Below are positions 9,062 to 18,697 of a DNA stretch of 38,638 bases, in pieces. The stretch comes from Candidatus Methylomirabilota bacterium. GTDB taxonomy: Bacteria > Methylomirabilota > Methylomirabilia > Rokubacteriales > CSP1-6. Below the pieces are notes generated by a model that saw nothing but the letters and a program-made list of their open reading frames with translations, did not search any database and was not told the DNA's origin. Positions within the stretch are counted from its first letter, which is position 1, and each line of letters starts with the position of its first letter. Position numbers and translations under genes: made by a program. Location of the stretch: NCBI GenBank assembly GCA_046726415.1, contig JBKPAK010000062.1, positions 1 through 38,638 on the forward strand. Reading direction: 5' to 3'.

Positions 9062-9403
9062 ATGAAGTTCGGAATCTTCTACGAGACGATTCGCCAGACG
9101 CTACGGCAGTTCGAGGCTGCGCACGTCGACCAGGTCATCCTCCTCAACCAGGCGGGCATGGCCACCCACGAAGACATCTGCTCGAGCCTGAAGCTGTTCG
9201 CGCGCGAGGTGATGCCGGAGTTCCATGGGCGCGAATGGGAGCAGCAGCGCTGGAAAGAAGACGTGCTGAGCGGCCGCATCCACCTCGACGATCTGGACAC
9301 CGCGGGCTACCAGGTCTACTCGCACCAGAACGAGGACATCGTCCGCCTCACTCCCGAAGAGCTGAAGCGGAAGATGGCCGAGAAGGAGGCCGCGCGTCGA
9401 TGA
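9062..9403 (+). pseudogene. Internally deleted LLM-class (luciferase-like) flavin oxidoreductase remnant
   Basis: LLM N-terminus MKFGIFYE joined in frame to an LLM C-terminus (VDQVILLNQAG...SLKLFAREVMPEF); only 113 aa; GGAGG SD at 9051-9055. Confidence 0.75.
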
Positions 9404-9422
9404 GCAGCGCCGGCCGCCCGTG

Positions 9423-10313
9423 ATGAGTACCGTCTCCACGCTCGGCTTCGTCGGGCTCGGCGTCATGGGCGAGCCAATGTGCCGCAACCTGGCCCGCAAG
9501 TCCGGCTGCCCCGTGGTCGCCTTCGATCGGCGCACCGAGCCGCTGGAGGCGCTGGCGCGTGACGGCGTGGCCGTCGCCTCGTCGGCGGCCGAGGTCGCGC
9601 GGCGCGCTCAGATCGTCTTCCTGTCGCTCCCCGGCGAGCCCGAGGTGCGCGCCGTCTGCCTGGGCGACGGCGGCCTGAGCGCCCACGTGAGGGCTGGGCA
9701 GGTGCTGGTCGACACCAGCACGTGCCCCGTGCCGCTGGCCCGCGAGCTCGAGCGAACGTTCGCCGCCCGCGGGGCCGCCTTCGCCGACGCGCCGGTGGCG
9801 CGCACGGCCCAGGCCGCGCGGGACGGCACCCTCAGCGTCATGGTGGGGAGCGACCCCGCCCTGTTCGAGCGGCTCAAGCCCCTGCTGGCCTGCATGGGCA
9901 GCGAGATCACGCACTGCGGATCAGTGGGAGCGGGGCAAGCCGTCAAGCTGATGAACAACATGGTGGTCGCGCAGACCGTCGTCGCCTTGGCCGAGGCGCT
10001 GGCCGTGGCCCGCGCCTCCGGTGCGGTCGATCCGAAAGTCCTGTTCGAAACGCTCACTAAGGGTTCGGCCGACAGCTTCGTGCTGCGCAATCACGGCATG
10101 AAGGCGCTGCTGCCCGACCAGCACCCGACTCACGGCGCCTTCCCGACAACCTACATCATCAAGGACCTGAGCTACGCGATCGGCCTGGCCGAAGCGGCCG
10201 GGCTCACGCTCGAGCAAGCGTCGACCACGCGCCGGCTCATGGAGCGCGCGAAGGCTCTCGGGTTCGCCGACAACTACTACACCGCCGTCATCAGGGCCAT
10301 CGATCGCCGATGA
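9423..10313 (+). CDS. NAD(P)-dependent oxidoreductase, 3-hydroxyisobutyrate dehydrogenase / tartronate semialdehyde reductase family
   Basis: GFVGLGVMG, FADAPV, GAGQAVKLMNN, KDL motif; alternative GTG start at 9420. Confidence 0.9.
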   Translation: MSTVSTLGFVGLGVMGEPMCRNLARKSGCPVVAFDRRTEPLEALARDGVAVASSAAEVARRAQIVFLSLPGEPEVRAVCLGDGGLSAHVRAGQVLVDTSTCPVPLARELERTFAARGAAFADAPVARTAQAARDGTLSVMVGSDPALFERLKPLLACMGSEITHCGSVGAGQAVKLMNNMVVAQTVVALAEALAVARASGAVDPKVLFETLTKGSADSFVLRNHGMKALLPDQHPTHGAFPTTYIIKDLSYAIGLAEAAGLTLEQASTTRRLMERAKALGFADNYYTAVIRAIDRR

Positions 10314-10337
10314 TGGCGGTTGTCCTCCCGTGGCGCC

Positions 10338-11309
10338 CTACCGCGCGCCGGTCAGGCGCCCGTCTCTACGCCAGAAGAGATGACGGTTCACCGCGATCGT
10401 GGCCGCGACGTAGCCGGGCTCAACATTTGCCAGCCGGTCCTGCACGCGCGCGTGGAGCCGGGGCAGCGCGTGAAAGGGCACGGCTGGATACGCGTGGTGC
10501 TCGGCGTGATAGGGCATGTTCCAGGCGAAGAGCCGCACCAGCGCCGACGTGAGCGTGGTGCGCGTGTTCGCGAGGCTGTCGCGGGTGTGAGCACAGCCAG
10601 TGTGCTCGGCCAGCAGATACGGCTGGAGAAATACCTGTCCCACGAGGAACGGCACGAGCCAGACCAGGAGGGCCGCCGGGGAAGCGAGAACGACCGACAC
10701 CCCCGCGACGACGAGGTAGATGGCGAGGTGAGCGCGCGCCTCCACGATCAGACCGCGGCGCTCGTTCGGCGGCATCCACGGCTTGTCAGCCCGGCCCATG
10801 GTCAAGGTCAGCATGTCGGCGAACCGTCGACGCAAATACGGAAGCCCCGTCAGCGTCAGGACATAGGCGCCCACTGACGTGGCCTTGGGGAAATGAAGCT
10901 CGGGGTCGCGGTCGGGATCCTGCGTGAAGCGATGGTGCTCCCAGTGGTACACGCGGTAGTTGTCGTACGGCCGGAAGATCAGCACGCCGATGAACCGGCC
11001 TACCACGGGGTTCAGCCACCGTGTTCGAAACGCCGTTCGATGGGCCGTCTCGTGGAACGGGCAAAAGAGGAAGGCCAGCGCATAGCCGTACGCGATGATC
11101 AGGGGAACGACCCACGCGGTGGCCTGTAGAGCGAGGATCGAGGCCCCCGTCGCGACCAAGAAGCCGAGATGCCAGGTTAACCGGATGAGGGCGGCCCGGT
11201 CCGATCGCTCGAGCAGCGGGCTCAGCTCATCCCGCGTGAGCCGATGAGCGGTGAACTGCGGCGCTGCCTCATCGCTCGGCAGCAGTATGGGAGCCCGATG
11301 CCGCTTCAC
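10338..11309 (-). CDS. Membrane fatty acid desaturase-family protein (MocD-like hydrocarbon oxygenase type)
   Basis: Three His boxes HETAH, HWEHH, HAEHH plus AEHTG, NTRT and WNMPYH; start codon uncertain (GTG 11309). Confidence 0.85.
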   Translation of the reverse strand: MKRHRAPILLPSDEAAPQFTAHRLTRDELSPLLERSDRAALIRLTWHLGFLVATGASILALQATAWVVPLIIAYGYALAFLFCPFHETAHRTAFRTRWLNPVVGRFIGVLIFRPYDNYRVYHWEHHRFTQDPDRDPELHFPKATSVGAYVLTLTGLPYLRRRFADMLTLTMGRADKPWMPPNERRGLIVEARAHLAIYLVVAGVSVVLASPAALLVWLVPFLVGQVFLQPYLLAEHTGCAHTRDSLANTRTTLTSALVRLFAWNMPYHAEHHAYPAVPFHALPRLHARVQDRLANVEPGYVAATIAVNRHLFWRRDGRLTGAR

Positions 11310-11343
11310 GATGGGCCGAGAGTAGCCGTCGCGCGGGATCCGG

Positions 11344-12969
11344 TCAACCGGAACGGCTGCGGACCCGTCGCGAGACGTAGCCGAGCGCGCGGTCGCGCTG
11401 GGCGAGCTTTCGATCCCGCGCGAACGGGGAACCGTAGCCGCCGCCGCCCGGGGTGCAGACGAGCACCTGGTCGCCGCGCTCGAGGATGTACTGGCGCCGG
11501 TGATTGATCGATCGCCCGTTGATGCGGATATCACCCCGCCCGCCGTCGGCGCCGCCGGCGAAGCCCGGCGCCGGGAACCGGGTGCGCTCGGCCATGAAGA
11601 CCATCGCGATGGGCACGTCGGACTCGCTCTCCATCAGGATGTCCTGCCCCAGCCCGCCCCGGAAGCGTCCCCGGCCGCCCGATCCTGACCGCATCCGCTT
11701 GTAGTGGAAGAAGAGCGGACTGTTGCGCTCCGCCACCTCGACCGGGGTCGATGAGATGTTGCTGGGCCACGACAGCACGCTCTCGCCGTCCTTGGACGAG
11801 GTGGCCCCCATGCCGCCGTTGTAGAAGAGCACGTTGGTATAGGTCTGTCCGTCCTCCCGAACCCCGGACTGCGTGACCGCCCACAGGGGCGAACCGACAC
11901 CGGCCATCACCCGATCGGGCACGACGTGATGGAGAGCGGCGAAGACGAGGATGGGCACGTAGTGTCCGGTGTTGGAACGGCTCACCACCGCGGCCGGCCA
12001 GCGCGGGTTGAGCAGGCAACCCTCCGGGGCGTGCACCCTGACGGGCCGGTACATCCCCTCGTTGTTCGCGAGGTTCGCCAGCAACGCGCAGCGCACGGCG
12101 TAGGCCGTCATGGCGTACGTGTAGGCATACACGCAGTTGATGGCGCGCGGCTGCTGGGGCGACGTTCCCGTGTAGTCGACCGCGATCTCGTCGCCCGAGA
12201 CGGTCAGGGCGATCTCGAAGTGATAGGGCTCGTCCACCCCGTCGGTGTCCATGGCGTAGCGATAGGTGCCGTCGGGCACGGCCTTGATGGCATCGCGCAT
12301 GGCCCGCTCGCAGCGCCCGAACAGCTCGTCGGCCAGATCGGTCAGGTCGTCGAGCTGGTACTCCTCCAAGAGCTGGCGCACCCGGCGATCCATCAGCTCA
12401 TTGGCGCTCACCTGGGCCCAGATGTCCCCCAGCGTCTGATCGGGGGTTCGCACGTTGGCGCGCAGGAGTCGGATCAGCGTTTCGTCGGGTTGCCTCTCGC
12501 GGACGAATTTGCTGAGAGGGATATGGACACCCTCCTCGAACATCTCCCGCGCCTCGATCGCCCGGATGCGCCCCCCGATATCGGGCATGTGCGAGGTCGT
12601 GGCCGAGAAGGCCACCAGCCGCGCACCGTGGAAGATCGGTTTCACCAGACACACATCGCTGAGGTGCCCGGTTCCCATCCAGGGGTTGTTGGTGATCAGG
12701 ACGTCGCCGGGGCGCATGCCCGCCGCACCCGTGTCGCGGAGGAAGTGGCGGACGGTGGCGGGCAGCGTTCCGATGAACGACGGGATGCTCCCGGTGTTCT
12801 GGGCGAGGGCGTGGCCGCGCGCGTCCGTGAGCACGCAGGCGAAGTCGTTGGCCTCGTTGGAAAGCGTGGAGAAGGACGTCCGCACGATGGCCTTGGCCGC
12901 CTCGTCGACCACGGAGATGAGGCGGGTCCACAAGACCTCGAGGGTCACGGCATCAAAGCGCGTGGTCAT
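11344..12969 (-). CDS. hyuB: Hydantoinase B / oxoprolinase family protein
   Basis: RTSFS, PGDVLITNNPW-GTGHLSD, SHMPDIGG, EEG, GGMGA, SGGRGRFRGGLG, TPGGGGYG. Confidence 0.92.
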   Translation of the reverse strand: MTTRFDAVTLEVLWTRLISVVDEAAKAIVRTSFSTLSNEANDFACVLTDARGHALAQNTGSIPSFIGTLPATVRHFLRDTGAAGMRPGDVLITNNPWMGTGHLSDVCLVKPIFHGARLVAFSATTSHMPDIGGRIRAIEAREMFEEGVHIPLSKFVRERQPDETLIRLLRANVRTPDQTLGDIWAQVSANELMDRRVRQLLEEYQLDDLTDLADELFGRCERAMRDAIKAVPDGTYRYAMDTDGVDEPYHFEIALTVSGDEIAVDYTGTSPQQPRAINCVYAYTYAMTAYAVRCALLANLANNEGMYRPVRVHAPEGCLLNPRWPAAVVSRSNTGHYVPILVFAALHHVVPDRVMAGVGSPLWAVTQSGVREDGQTYTNVLFYNGGMGATSSKDGESVLSWPSNISSTPVEVAERNSPLFFHYKRMRSGSGGRGRFRGGLGQDILMESESDVPIAMVFMAERTRFPAPGFAGGADGGRGDIRINGRSINHRRQYILERGDQVLVCTPGGGGYGSPFARDRKLAQRDRALGYVSRRVRSRSG

Positions 12970-13030
12970 GCGCCCTCCAAAACTGTCATTCCTGGCACCC
13001 GGTGGCGGCCAGGTCGGGGCCCCAATGCTC

Positions 13031-13381
13031 CTAATCCACGGGGACGAAGATGCAGTGGCGCAGCTTTCCGTCGATCGCCTTGCTCAGGTGTCCCTTCCCC
13101 CGGATGTCCTCCACGAGGATGACCTCGCCGGCTCCGATGACGCGGGATTCCCCGTCGCTGGCGGTGATTTGCACGCCGGCGTCCAGGTTGATGATGTATT
13201 GGCGGCGGGGTGCGGGATGCCAGTCCAGGTCGTAGCTCGGCGGGACCTCGCGAAAGATGATGCCGGTGGCAGGCAGGCGCGCGGAGAGACGACCACCCCG
13301 GCCGCTCTCCACGTACTCCACCTCGAGGTCGCGGAAGTGCGACTCGCCCTTGTCGTCGACATACAAGTTGTGGATCTTCAT
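13031..13381 (-). CDS. Small cupin-fold protein
   Basis: DWHPAPRRQY and EDIRGKGH motifs; ATGA overlap with the upstream deacetylase stop; SD GGAGGGAG. Confidence 0.8.
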   Translation of the reverse strand: MKIHNLYVDDKGESHFRDLEVEYVESGRGGRLSARLPATGIIFREVPPSYDLDWHPAPRRQYIINLDAGVQITASDGESRVIGAGEVILVEDIRGKGHLSKAIDGKLRHCIFVPVD

Positions 13382-14289
13382 GCTCTCCCTCCAGGGAAGC
13401 GGCCTCGACAGCGCAGATACCAGTCCAGGATCTGCTCACCCGTCCAGATCTTCACGTCATGGCGGTTGGCGATGTGCTGGAAGATCCGGCGCACGTGCTT
13501 GGCGCGGTGGGGTGCACCCATGATGTACGGATGCAGGGTGAAGCACATCACGCGGGTCGCCTCCTCGCACTCCGCGCGGAGCTGCTCGAACTGGTCGATG
13601 GTCCGATCGGCGTACTCGGCCCCGCGATGACCCTGAATCAGGATCATCGCGAGGTCGTTCAACTCTTGCGTGTACGGCAGACTGACCATCACGCCATGCT
13701 TGGTACGCAGGTCCACCGGCTGGTCGTCCAGCACCCAGTCCGCCACGTACTCGAAGCCCGCCTCGTGGAGCCAGTCCACCGTATCGTGCGTTTCCGCAAG
13801 GGCGGGGCTCAGCCAGCCGCGCGGCGGCTTGCCCGTGTACGCGCGAATGCGCGTGAACACCCGCCGGATCATTTCGCGCTGGTCGGGGACGGCGGGCAGC
13901 GCCTTCTGGACATAGCCATGGCCGACGGCATCCCAGCCGGAGGCCATGCACGCGTCGACGATCTGGGGATACGCGTCGCAGATGGAAGCGTTCATCACCA
14001 GCGAACCGGCCACACCGAAGTCGTCGAAGATCGCCTTGAGCCGCCAAAAGCCCACGCGCTGGCCGTACTCGTGCCAGGCCCAGTTCGGGATGTCGGGCAC
14101 GCTCCGGGCCGCTCCGCCGGGCGGGTTGACCACGGTCCGCGGCATCGGCTCGTCGATCACCCAGTGTTCCACGTTGACGCATGGCCAGACCACGATACGC
14201 GCGCCGCCGGGAAGCGGCAGGGACGGCCGCTGGGTGATGGGGACGTAGTCCAGCCGGTCGGTCGGGAGGCGTATTTCCATCGGTGTCAT
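13378..14289 (-). CDS. Polysaccharide deacetylase family protein (CE4, PuuE allantoinase-like)
   Basis: VNVEHW, WHEYGQRVGFWR, GHG, PRGWLSP, LPYTQELND, LHPYIMGAPHR; start at 14289 or 14280. Confidence 0.88.
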   Translation of the reverse strand: MTPMEIRLPTDRLDYVPITQRPSLPLPGGARIVVWPCVNVEHWVIDEPMPRTVVNPPGGAARSVPDIPNWAWHEYGQRVGFWRLKAIFDDFGVAGSLVMNASICDAYPQIVDACMASGWDAVGHGYVQKALPAVPDQREMIRRVFTRIRAYTGKPPRGWLSPALAETHDTVDWLHEAGFEYVADWVLDDQPVDLRTKHGVMVSLPYTQELNDLAMILIQGHRGAEYADRTIDQFEQLRAECEEATRVMCFTLHPYIMGAPHRAKHVRRIFQHIANRHDVKIWTGEQILDWYLRCRGRFPGGRA

Positions 14290-14457
14290 CCTCGAAGCGC
14301 CCGCCCTTCTATACTCGCCTCGCCGCGGTCGGGTCAAGCGGCCGGCGCGGAGCCGGGTGTCGCGCGCGTCCGACGAGGCCTCGCCGTCACCGCCGCTGCC
14401 GCTGATGCGCTAGCATTGGGCGTCCCCATCCCGAGGGGAGGGCGAGAGGAGACATCC

Positions 14458-15240
14458 ATGGCAGGCTCACGACTCGCTGGCAAAGTCGCCATCGTCACCG
14501 GAGCGGGATCGCGCGCGGAGGGCATCGGCAACGGCCGCGCCGCCGCGATCCTGTTCGCGCGCGAGGGCGCCAAGGTGTTGGCGGTCGACCAGAATCGGGG
14601 TGCCGCCGATGCCACCGTCGGCACGATCAAGAGCGAGGGTGGCGAAGCGGCCGCGCTGGCCGCCGACGTCACGCGGGCCGACGACTGCCGGGCCATGGTC
14701 GACGAGGCGGTCCGCCGCTGGGGGCGCCTGGACATCCTCGACAACAACGTCGGCATCGAGGGTCGCGGCACCCTGGTGGAGACCGACGAGGCGCAGTGGG
14801 AAAAGGTGATGCGCGTGAACGTCCTGGGCATGATGCTCACCAGCAAGCACGCCATTCCCGCCATGATTCGCACGGGCGGCGGAGCCATCGTGAACATCTC
14901 GTCGATCTCCGCGCTGCGACCGCGTGGCCTCACGCCGTACTCGGTATCCAAAGGCGCCGTCATCGCCCTCACGCGGGCCATGGCCATCGACCACGCCGCG
15001 CAGGGCATCCGCGTGAACTGCATCGCGCCGGGGCCTGTCTACACGCCGATGGTGTACGCGGCCGGCATGAGCGAAGATCAGCGGGAGCGGCGGCGGCGCG
15101 CCTCGCCGCTCGGCATCGAGGGAACGGGCTGGGACATCGGCCACGCGGCGCTCTTCCTGGTTTCCGACGAGGCGCGCTACATCACGGGGGTGGTGTTGCC
15201 GGTGGACGGCGGCGTGACCATCGCCAGTCCCGCACGATAG
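14458..15240 (+). CDS. SDR family NAD(P)-dependent oxidoreductase
   Basis: VTGAGS...GIGNG, NNVG, NISS, YSVSK catalytic YxxxK, IRVNCIAPG, VDGG. Confidence 0.93.
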   Translation: MAGSRLAGKVAIVTGAGSRAEGIGNGRAAAILFAREGAKVLAVDQNRGAADATVGTIKSEGGEAAALAADVTRADDCRAMVDEAVRRWGRLDILDNNVGIEGRGTLVETDEAQWEKVMRVNVLGMMLTSKHAIPAMIRTGGGAIVNISSISALRPRGLTPYSVSKGAVIALTRAMAIDHAAQGIRVNCIAPGPVYTPMVYAAGMSEDQRERRRRASPLGIEGTGWDIGHAALFLVSDEARYITGVVLPVDGGVTIASPAR

Positions 15241-15249
15241 GACACCCCA

Positions 15250-15283
15250 CGGGGGCCTGGGGAGCCCTGTCGAGGCCCCCATC
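15250..15283 (-). repeat. REP-like palindromic element, copy 1 (first hairpin only)
   Basis: Minus strand GATGGGGGCCTCGACAGGGCTCCCCAGGCCCCCG closely matches 21238-21273. Confidence 0.75.
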
Positions 15284-15296
15284 CCACCAGGAGGCA

Positions 15297-16487
15297 ATGA
15301 TGCTGAAGGCGACTCCGCAGTGGAGCGAGGAGATCGGCCGCCGGCACGGCGGCATGGTGGCGCTGCGGCGCGACTTTCACCGTCATCCCGAGCTGTCCTT
15401 TGAGGAGCGGCGGACGGCGGAGATCATCGCCGAGCGCCTCCACGGCGCCAAGCTGGAGGTTCGCACGGGCATCGCCCGCACCGGCGTGGTCGGAATCCTT
15501 CACGGCGACCGGCCCGGCCGCACCATCGCCTGGCGCGCCGACATCGATGCCCTTCCCCTCAGGGAGATTCTCGATGTTCCCTTCGCGTCGGCCACCCCCG
15601 GCGTGATGCACGCCTGCGGGCACGACGGCCACACGGCCATCGCCATCACCCTCGCCGAGATCCTCGCCGCGCGGCGAGCGGAGATGCCCGGCACGGCCGT
15701 ATTCGTCTTCCAGCCGGCCGAGGAGGTGCTGGGAGGCGCGCGCCCGATGATCGAGGCCGGCGTGCTCGAGGATCCGCGGGTAGAGGAAGTATTCGGTCTG
15801 CACCTCACGACCCAGATGTCCGCCGGTCAGGTCATGGTGCGCCCGGGCCCCAACATGGCCTCCGCCGACGCCTTCGACGTGGTCGTGCGCGGGCGCGGCG
15901 GCCACGGCGCCTATCCGCACCTCTCGGTCGATCCGGTGACGGCGGCCGCCCACATCCTGATCGGCATGCAGCATCTGGTGGCCAAGGAGATTGCCGCCCA
16001 GGAGACCGCGGTGCTCACGGTCGGGCAGATCCTGGCGGGGACGAAGAACAACATCATTCCGGCCTCGGCCGTCATGCGCGGGACGCTCCGCACCTTCAGC
16101 GAGAGCGTGCGCACTCAGATCCTCGAACGGCTCGGCGCCTTCGCGGTCGACCTGGCGCGCGCCTATCGCGCGGAGGCGCAGCTCACGCTCAGCGACATGC
16201 GCTGTCCGGCCGTGGTGAACCCCGAGGCGCCGACGAGCTTCGTGCACGCCTGCGCGGTCGCCGAGCTCGGGGAGGCCGCGGTCAGCCCCGGACGCCCTGT
16301 CATGGCGAGCGACGACATGTGCTACTTCCTGCGCGAGCGGCCCGGCTGCTACTTCCGGGTGGGCATCGCCCCGGCGCACGGCCGCCCGGCCCCCCACCAC
16401 GCGCCGGAGTTCGAGATGAACGAGGACGGTCTGCCCGTGGGACTTCGGGCGGGGCTCGGCGTCATGCTGAACGCCCTCGCCCGCTGA
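15297..16487 (+). CDS. M20 family amidohydrolase (hippurate hydrolase / aminoacylase-like)
   Basis: RRDFHRHPELSFEE, RADIDALP, MHACGHDGH, FQPAEE, GGHGA, MASDD, HH. Confidence 0.93.
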   Translation: MMLKATPQWSEEIGRRHGGMVALRRDFHRHPELSFEERRTAEIIAERLHGAKLEVRTGIARTGVVGILHGDRPGRTIAWRADIDALPLREILDVPFASATPGVMHACGHDGHTAIAITLAEILAARRAEMPGTAVFVFQPAEEVLGGARPMIEAGVLEDPRVEEVFGLHLTTQMSAGQVMVRPGPNMASADAFDVVVRGRGGHGAYPHLSVDPVTAAAHILIGMQHLVAKEIAAQETAVLTVGQILAGTKNNIIPASAVMRGTLRTFSESVRTQILERLGAFAVDLARAYRAEAQLTLSDMRCPAVVNPEAPTSFVHACAVAELGEAAVSPGRPVMASDDMCYFLRERPGCYFRVGIAPAHGRPAPHHAPEFEMNEDGLPVGLRAGLGVMLNALAR

Positions 16488-16528
16488 GAGGACAGGAGCA
16501 GCGTGGTGCGGCCGGCGCGCTTTCCTCG

Positions 16529-18628
16529 CTACCGGTCGGCCAGGGTGACGATCAGGTTGCCGGTGGGCGCGACGCGGGCGCGCGTCGCGGGTCCGACAAC
16601 GAGAGTCGAGCCGTCTTCCTCGACCACGGCAGGTCCGACGAACTCCTGGCCCACGGCGAGCCGAGCGCGGTCGTAGACCGTCGTCTCCACGAACCCACCG
16701 GCCTCGCGGAAGTAGGCGGAGCGGCGCGCCTTGATCGCCTCCCCCGTGGCTGCATCGGCCCGCCCGTCGAGGACGACGGCGCTGCCGGCCACCGGCGCCC
16801 GCGCCGCCACCCGGACGTTGATGAACTCCACGGGGATGTTCGGGGGCGTGAGGGCAAACTTCTCGCGATACGCGTCCTCGAACGCCCCTCGCAACGCGCT
16901 GCGCGTGTGCTCGACGTCTGGGCCGTCGTACGGCCCCGCCGGAAGCGCCACCACGAGGTCGAAACCCTGCCCGAGGAAGCGACCGTCGGCCAGCCGCTGA
17001 AACGTGGCCGTCTCCAGCTCGACGCCGCTATCGCCCAGGATGGCGCGCGCCTCGTCCTCGAGGCTGCGGAACGCCGCCTCCAGATCCCCGCAGTCCCCGC
17101 GATCGAGGCGGATGCCCACCGTGGCCACCCGATCGACCCGGGCCGGCGCCACCAGCAGGCCGAGGGCGGACGCCACGCCGGCCGAAGGCGGACAGATCAC
17201 GCGGCGAAGACCGATCTTGCGGGCGACCGAGTACGCGTGCACGGGTCCCGCGCCGCCGGTGCACAAGAGCGCGTACTCGCGCGGGTCGCGCCCGCGCTCG
17301 GCGATGTGGACGCGCGCGGCCCCGGCCATGTTTTCGTTGACGATGTCGTGGATGCCCCATGCCACCTCGATCAGCGACAGCCCCACGCGGTCGGCGACTC
17401 GCTGCAGAGCCGCTCGCGCAGCATCCAGGTCGATCCGCATCGCGCCGCCCGCGAAGTAGTCCGGGTCGAGATAACCCAGGATGAAATCGGCGTCGGTGAC
17501 CGTGGCGGCACTCCCGCCCAGTCCGTACGCCGCCGGGCCAGGCTGCGAGCCCGCGCTCTGGGGACCGACCTTGAGCAACCCGATCTCGTCCGCGTGCGCG
17601 ATGCTGCCGCCTCCCGCCCCGATCTCGATCAGCTCGATGGTGGAGATTCGGATGGGAAGCCCGCTGCCTTCCACGAAGCGCTGCTGGCGCGCCGCTTCGA
17701 AACTGTACGCGGTAAGCGGCTCACCTCCGTCGACCAGGCTGAGCTTGGCCGTGGTGCCGCCCATGTCGAAGGCGACCAGCTTGCCGCCGCTGTCGTCGTT
17801 GCCGAAGAAGGCGGCGGCGATGGCGCCGGCGGCCGGCCCCGATTCGAGCATCTGCACCGGCGTGCGCTGGGCCTCGGCCACGTGGGTGAGACCCCCGCTG
17901 GAGAGCATGAGCAGGAGCGGCGCCGGGATCCTCTGCTCGGCGAGCCGCGCGGCCAGGAGGGCGAGATAGCGGTGGGCGAGCGGTTTGATGTAGGCGTTGG
18001 CCACCGTGGTCGAGGCGCGTTCGAACTCTCGGATCTCCGGCGCCACCTCGTGTGAGGTGGTCACGTGGAGGTGGGGGAATCGCCCCTCGAGGAGTCGCGC
18101 GGCCTCCGCCTCGTGCCGGGGATTCGCATAAGCGTGTAAGAACACCACGGCCACTGAGGTGACACCGGCGTCGACCAGCGCTTCCGCGCGCGAGGTCAGC
18201 ACGGCCCGGTCGAGCGGGTGACGCACACTGCCGTCGGCACGCACGCGCTCCGGCACTTCGAGGCGCAGGTGGCGCGGCACCAGGGGCGCCGGACGCTCGA
18301 TGTTGATGTCGTACAGCGCGTATTTTCGCTCGCGCCCGATCTCCAGCGCATCGGCGAAGCCCGCGGTGGTGAGAAGCCCGGTGGGCGCGCCGGTGCGCTC
18401 GATGAGGGCGTTGGTGAACAGCGTGGTGGCGTGGACCACGCGCGCCAGGTGCACCGCGTCGACGCCGCCTACCTCGAGCACTCCGGCCACGCCGGCCGCC
18501 ACCGCGCGGGAGGGATCGTCGTGGGTGGTAAGAATCTTGCGGTTGATCTGTCGAGCGCGCTCGTGGTCGTAGACGACGATGTCGGTGAACGTGCCGCCGA
18601 TGTCGATACCGAGGGAGTAGCGTGGCAT
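16529..18628 (-). CDS. hyuA: Hydantoinase A / oxoprolinase family protein
   Basis: GIDIGGTFTD, HATTLFTNA, EFERASTTVANAY, ESGPAAG, DMGGTT, GAGGGS, GPAAYG. Confidence 0.93.
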   Translation of the reverse strand: MPRYSLGIDIGGTFTDIVVYDHERARQINRKILTTHDDPSRAVAAGVAGVLEVGGVDAVHLARVVHATTLFTNALIERTGAPTGLLTTAGFADALEIGRERKYALYDINIERPAPLVPRHLRLEVPERVRADGSVRHPLDRAVLTSRAEALVDAGVTSVAVVFLHAYANPRHEAEAARLLEGRFPHLHVTTSHEVAPEIREFERASTTVANAYIKPLAHRYLALLAARLAEQRIPAPLLLMLSSGGLTHVAEAQRTPVQMLESGPAAGAIAAAFFGNDDSGGKLVAFDMGGTTAKLSLVDGGEPLTAYSFEAARQQRFVEGSGLPIRISTIELIEIGAGGGSIAHADEIGLLKVGPQSAGSQPGPAAYGLGGSAATVTDADFILGYLDPDYFAGGAMRIDLDAARAALQRVADRVGLSLIEVAWGIHDIVNENMAGAARVHIAERGRDPREYALLCTGGAGPVHAYSVARKIGLRRVICPPSAGVASALGLLVAPARVDRVATVGIRLDRGDCGDLEAAFRSLEDEARAILGDSGVELETATFQRLADGRFLGQGFDLVVALPAGPYDGPDVEHTRSALRGAFEDAYREKFALTPPNIPVEFINVRVAARAPVAGSAVVLDGRADAATGEAIKARRSAYFREAGGFVETTVYDRARLAVGQEFVGPAVVEEDGSTLVVGPATRARVAPTGNLIVTLADR

Positions 18629-18697
18629 GGAAGGGCTCGACGTCTCGCACCGAGATTCTACCCGCCGAGCGCGCCAGCGTGAAGTATCATCCCGCGC

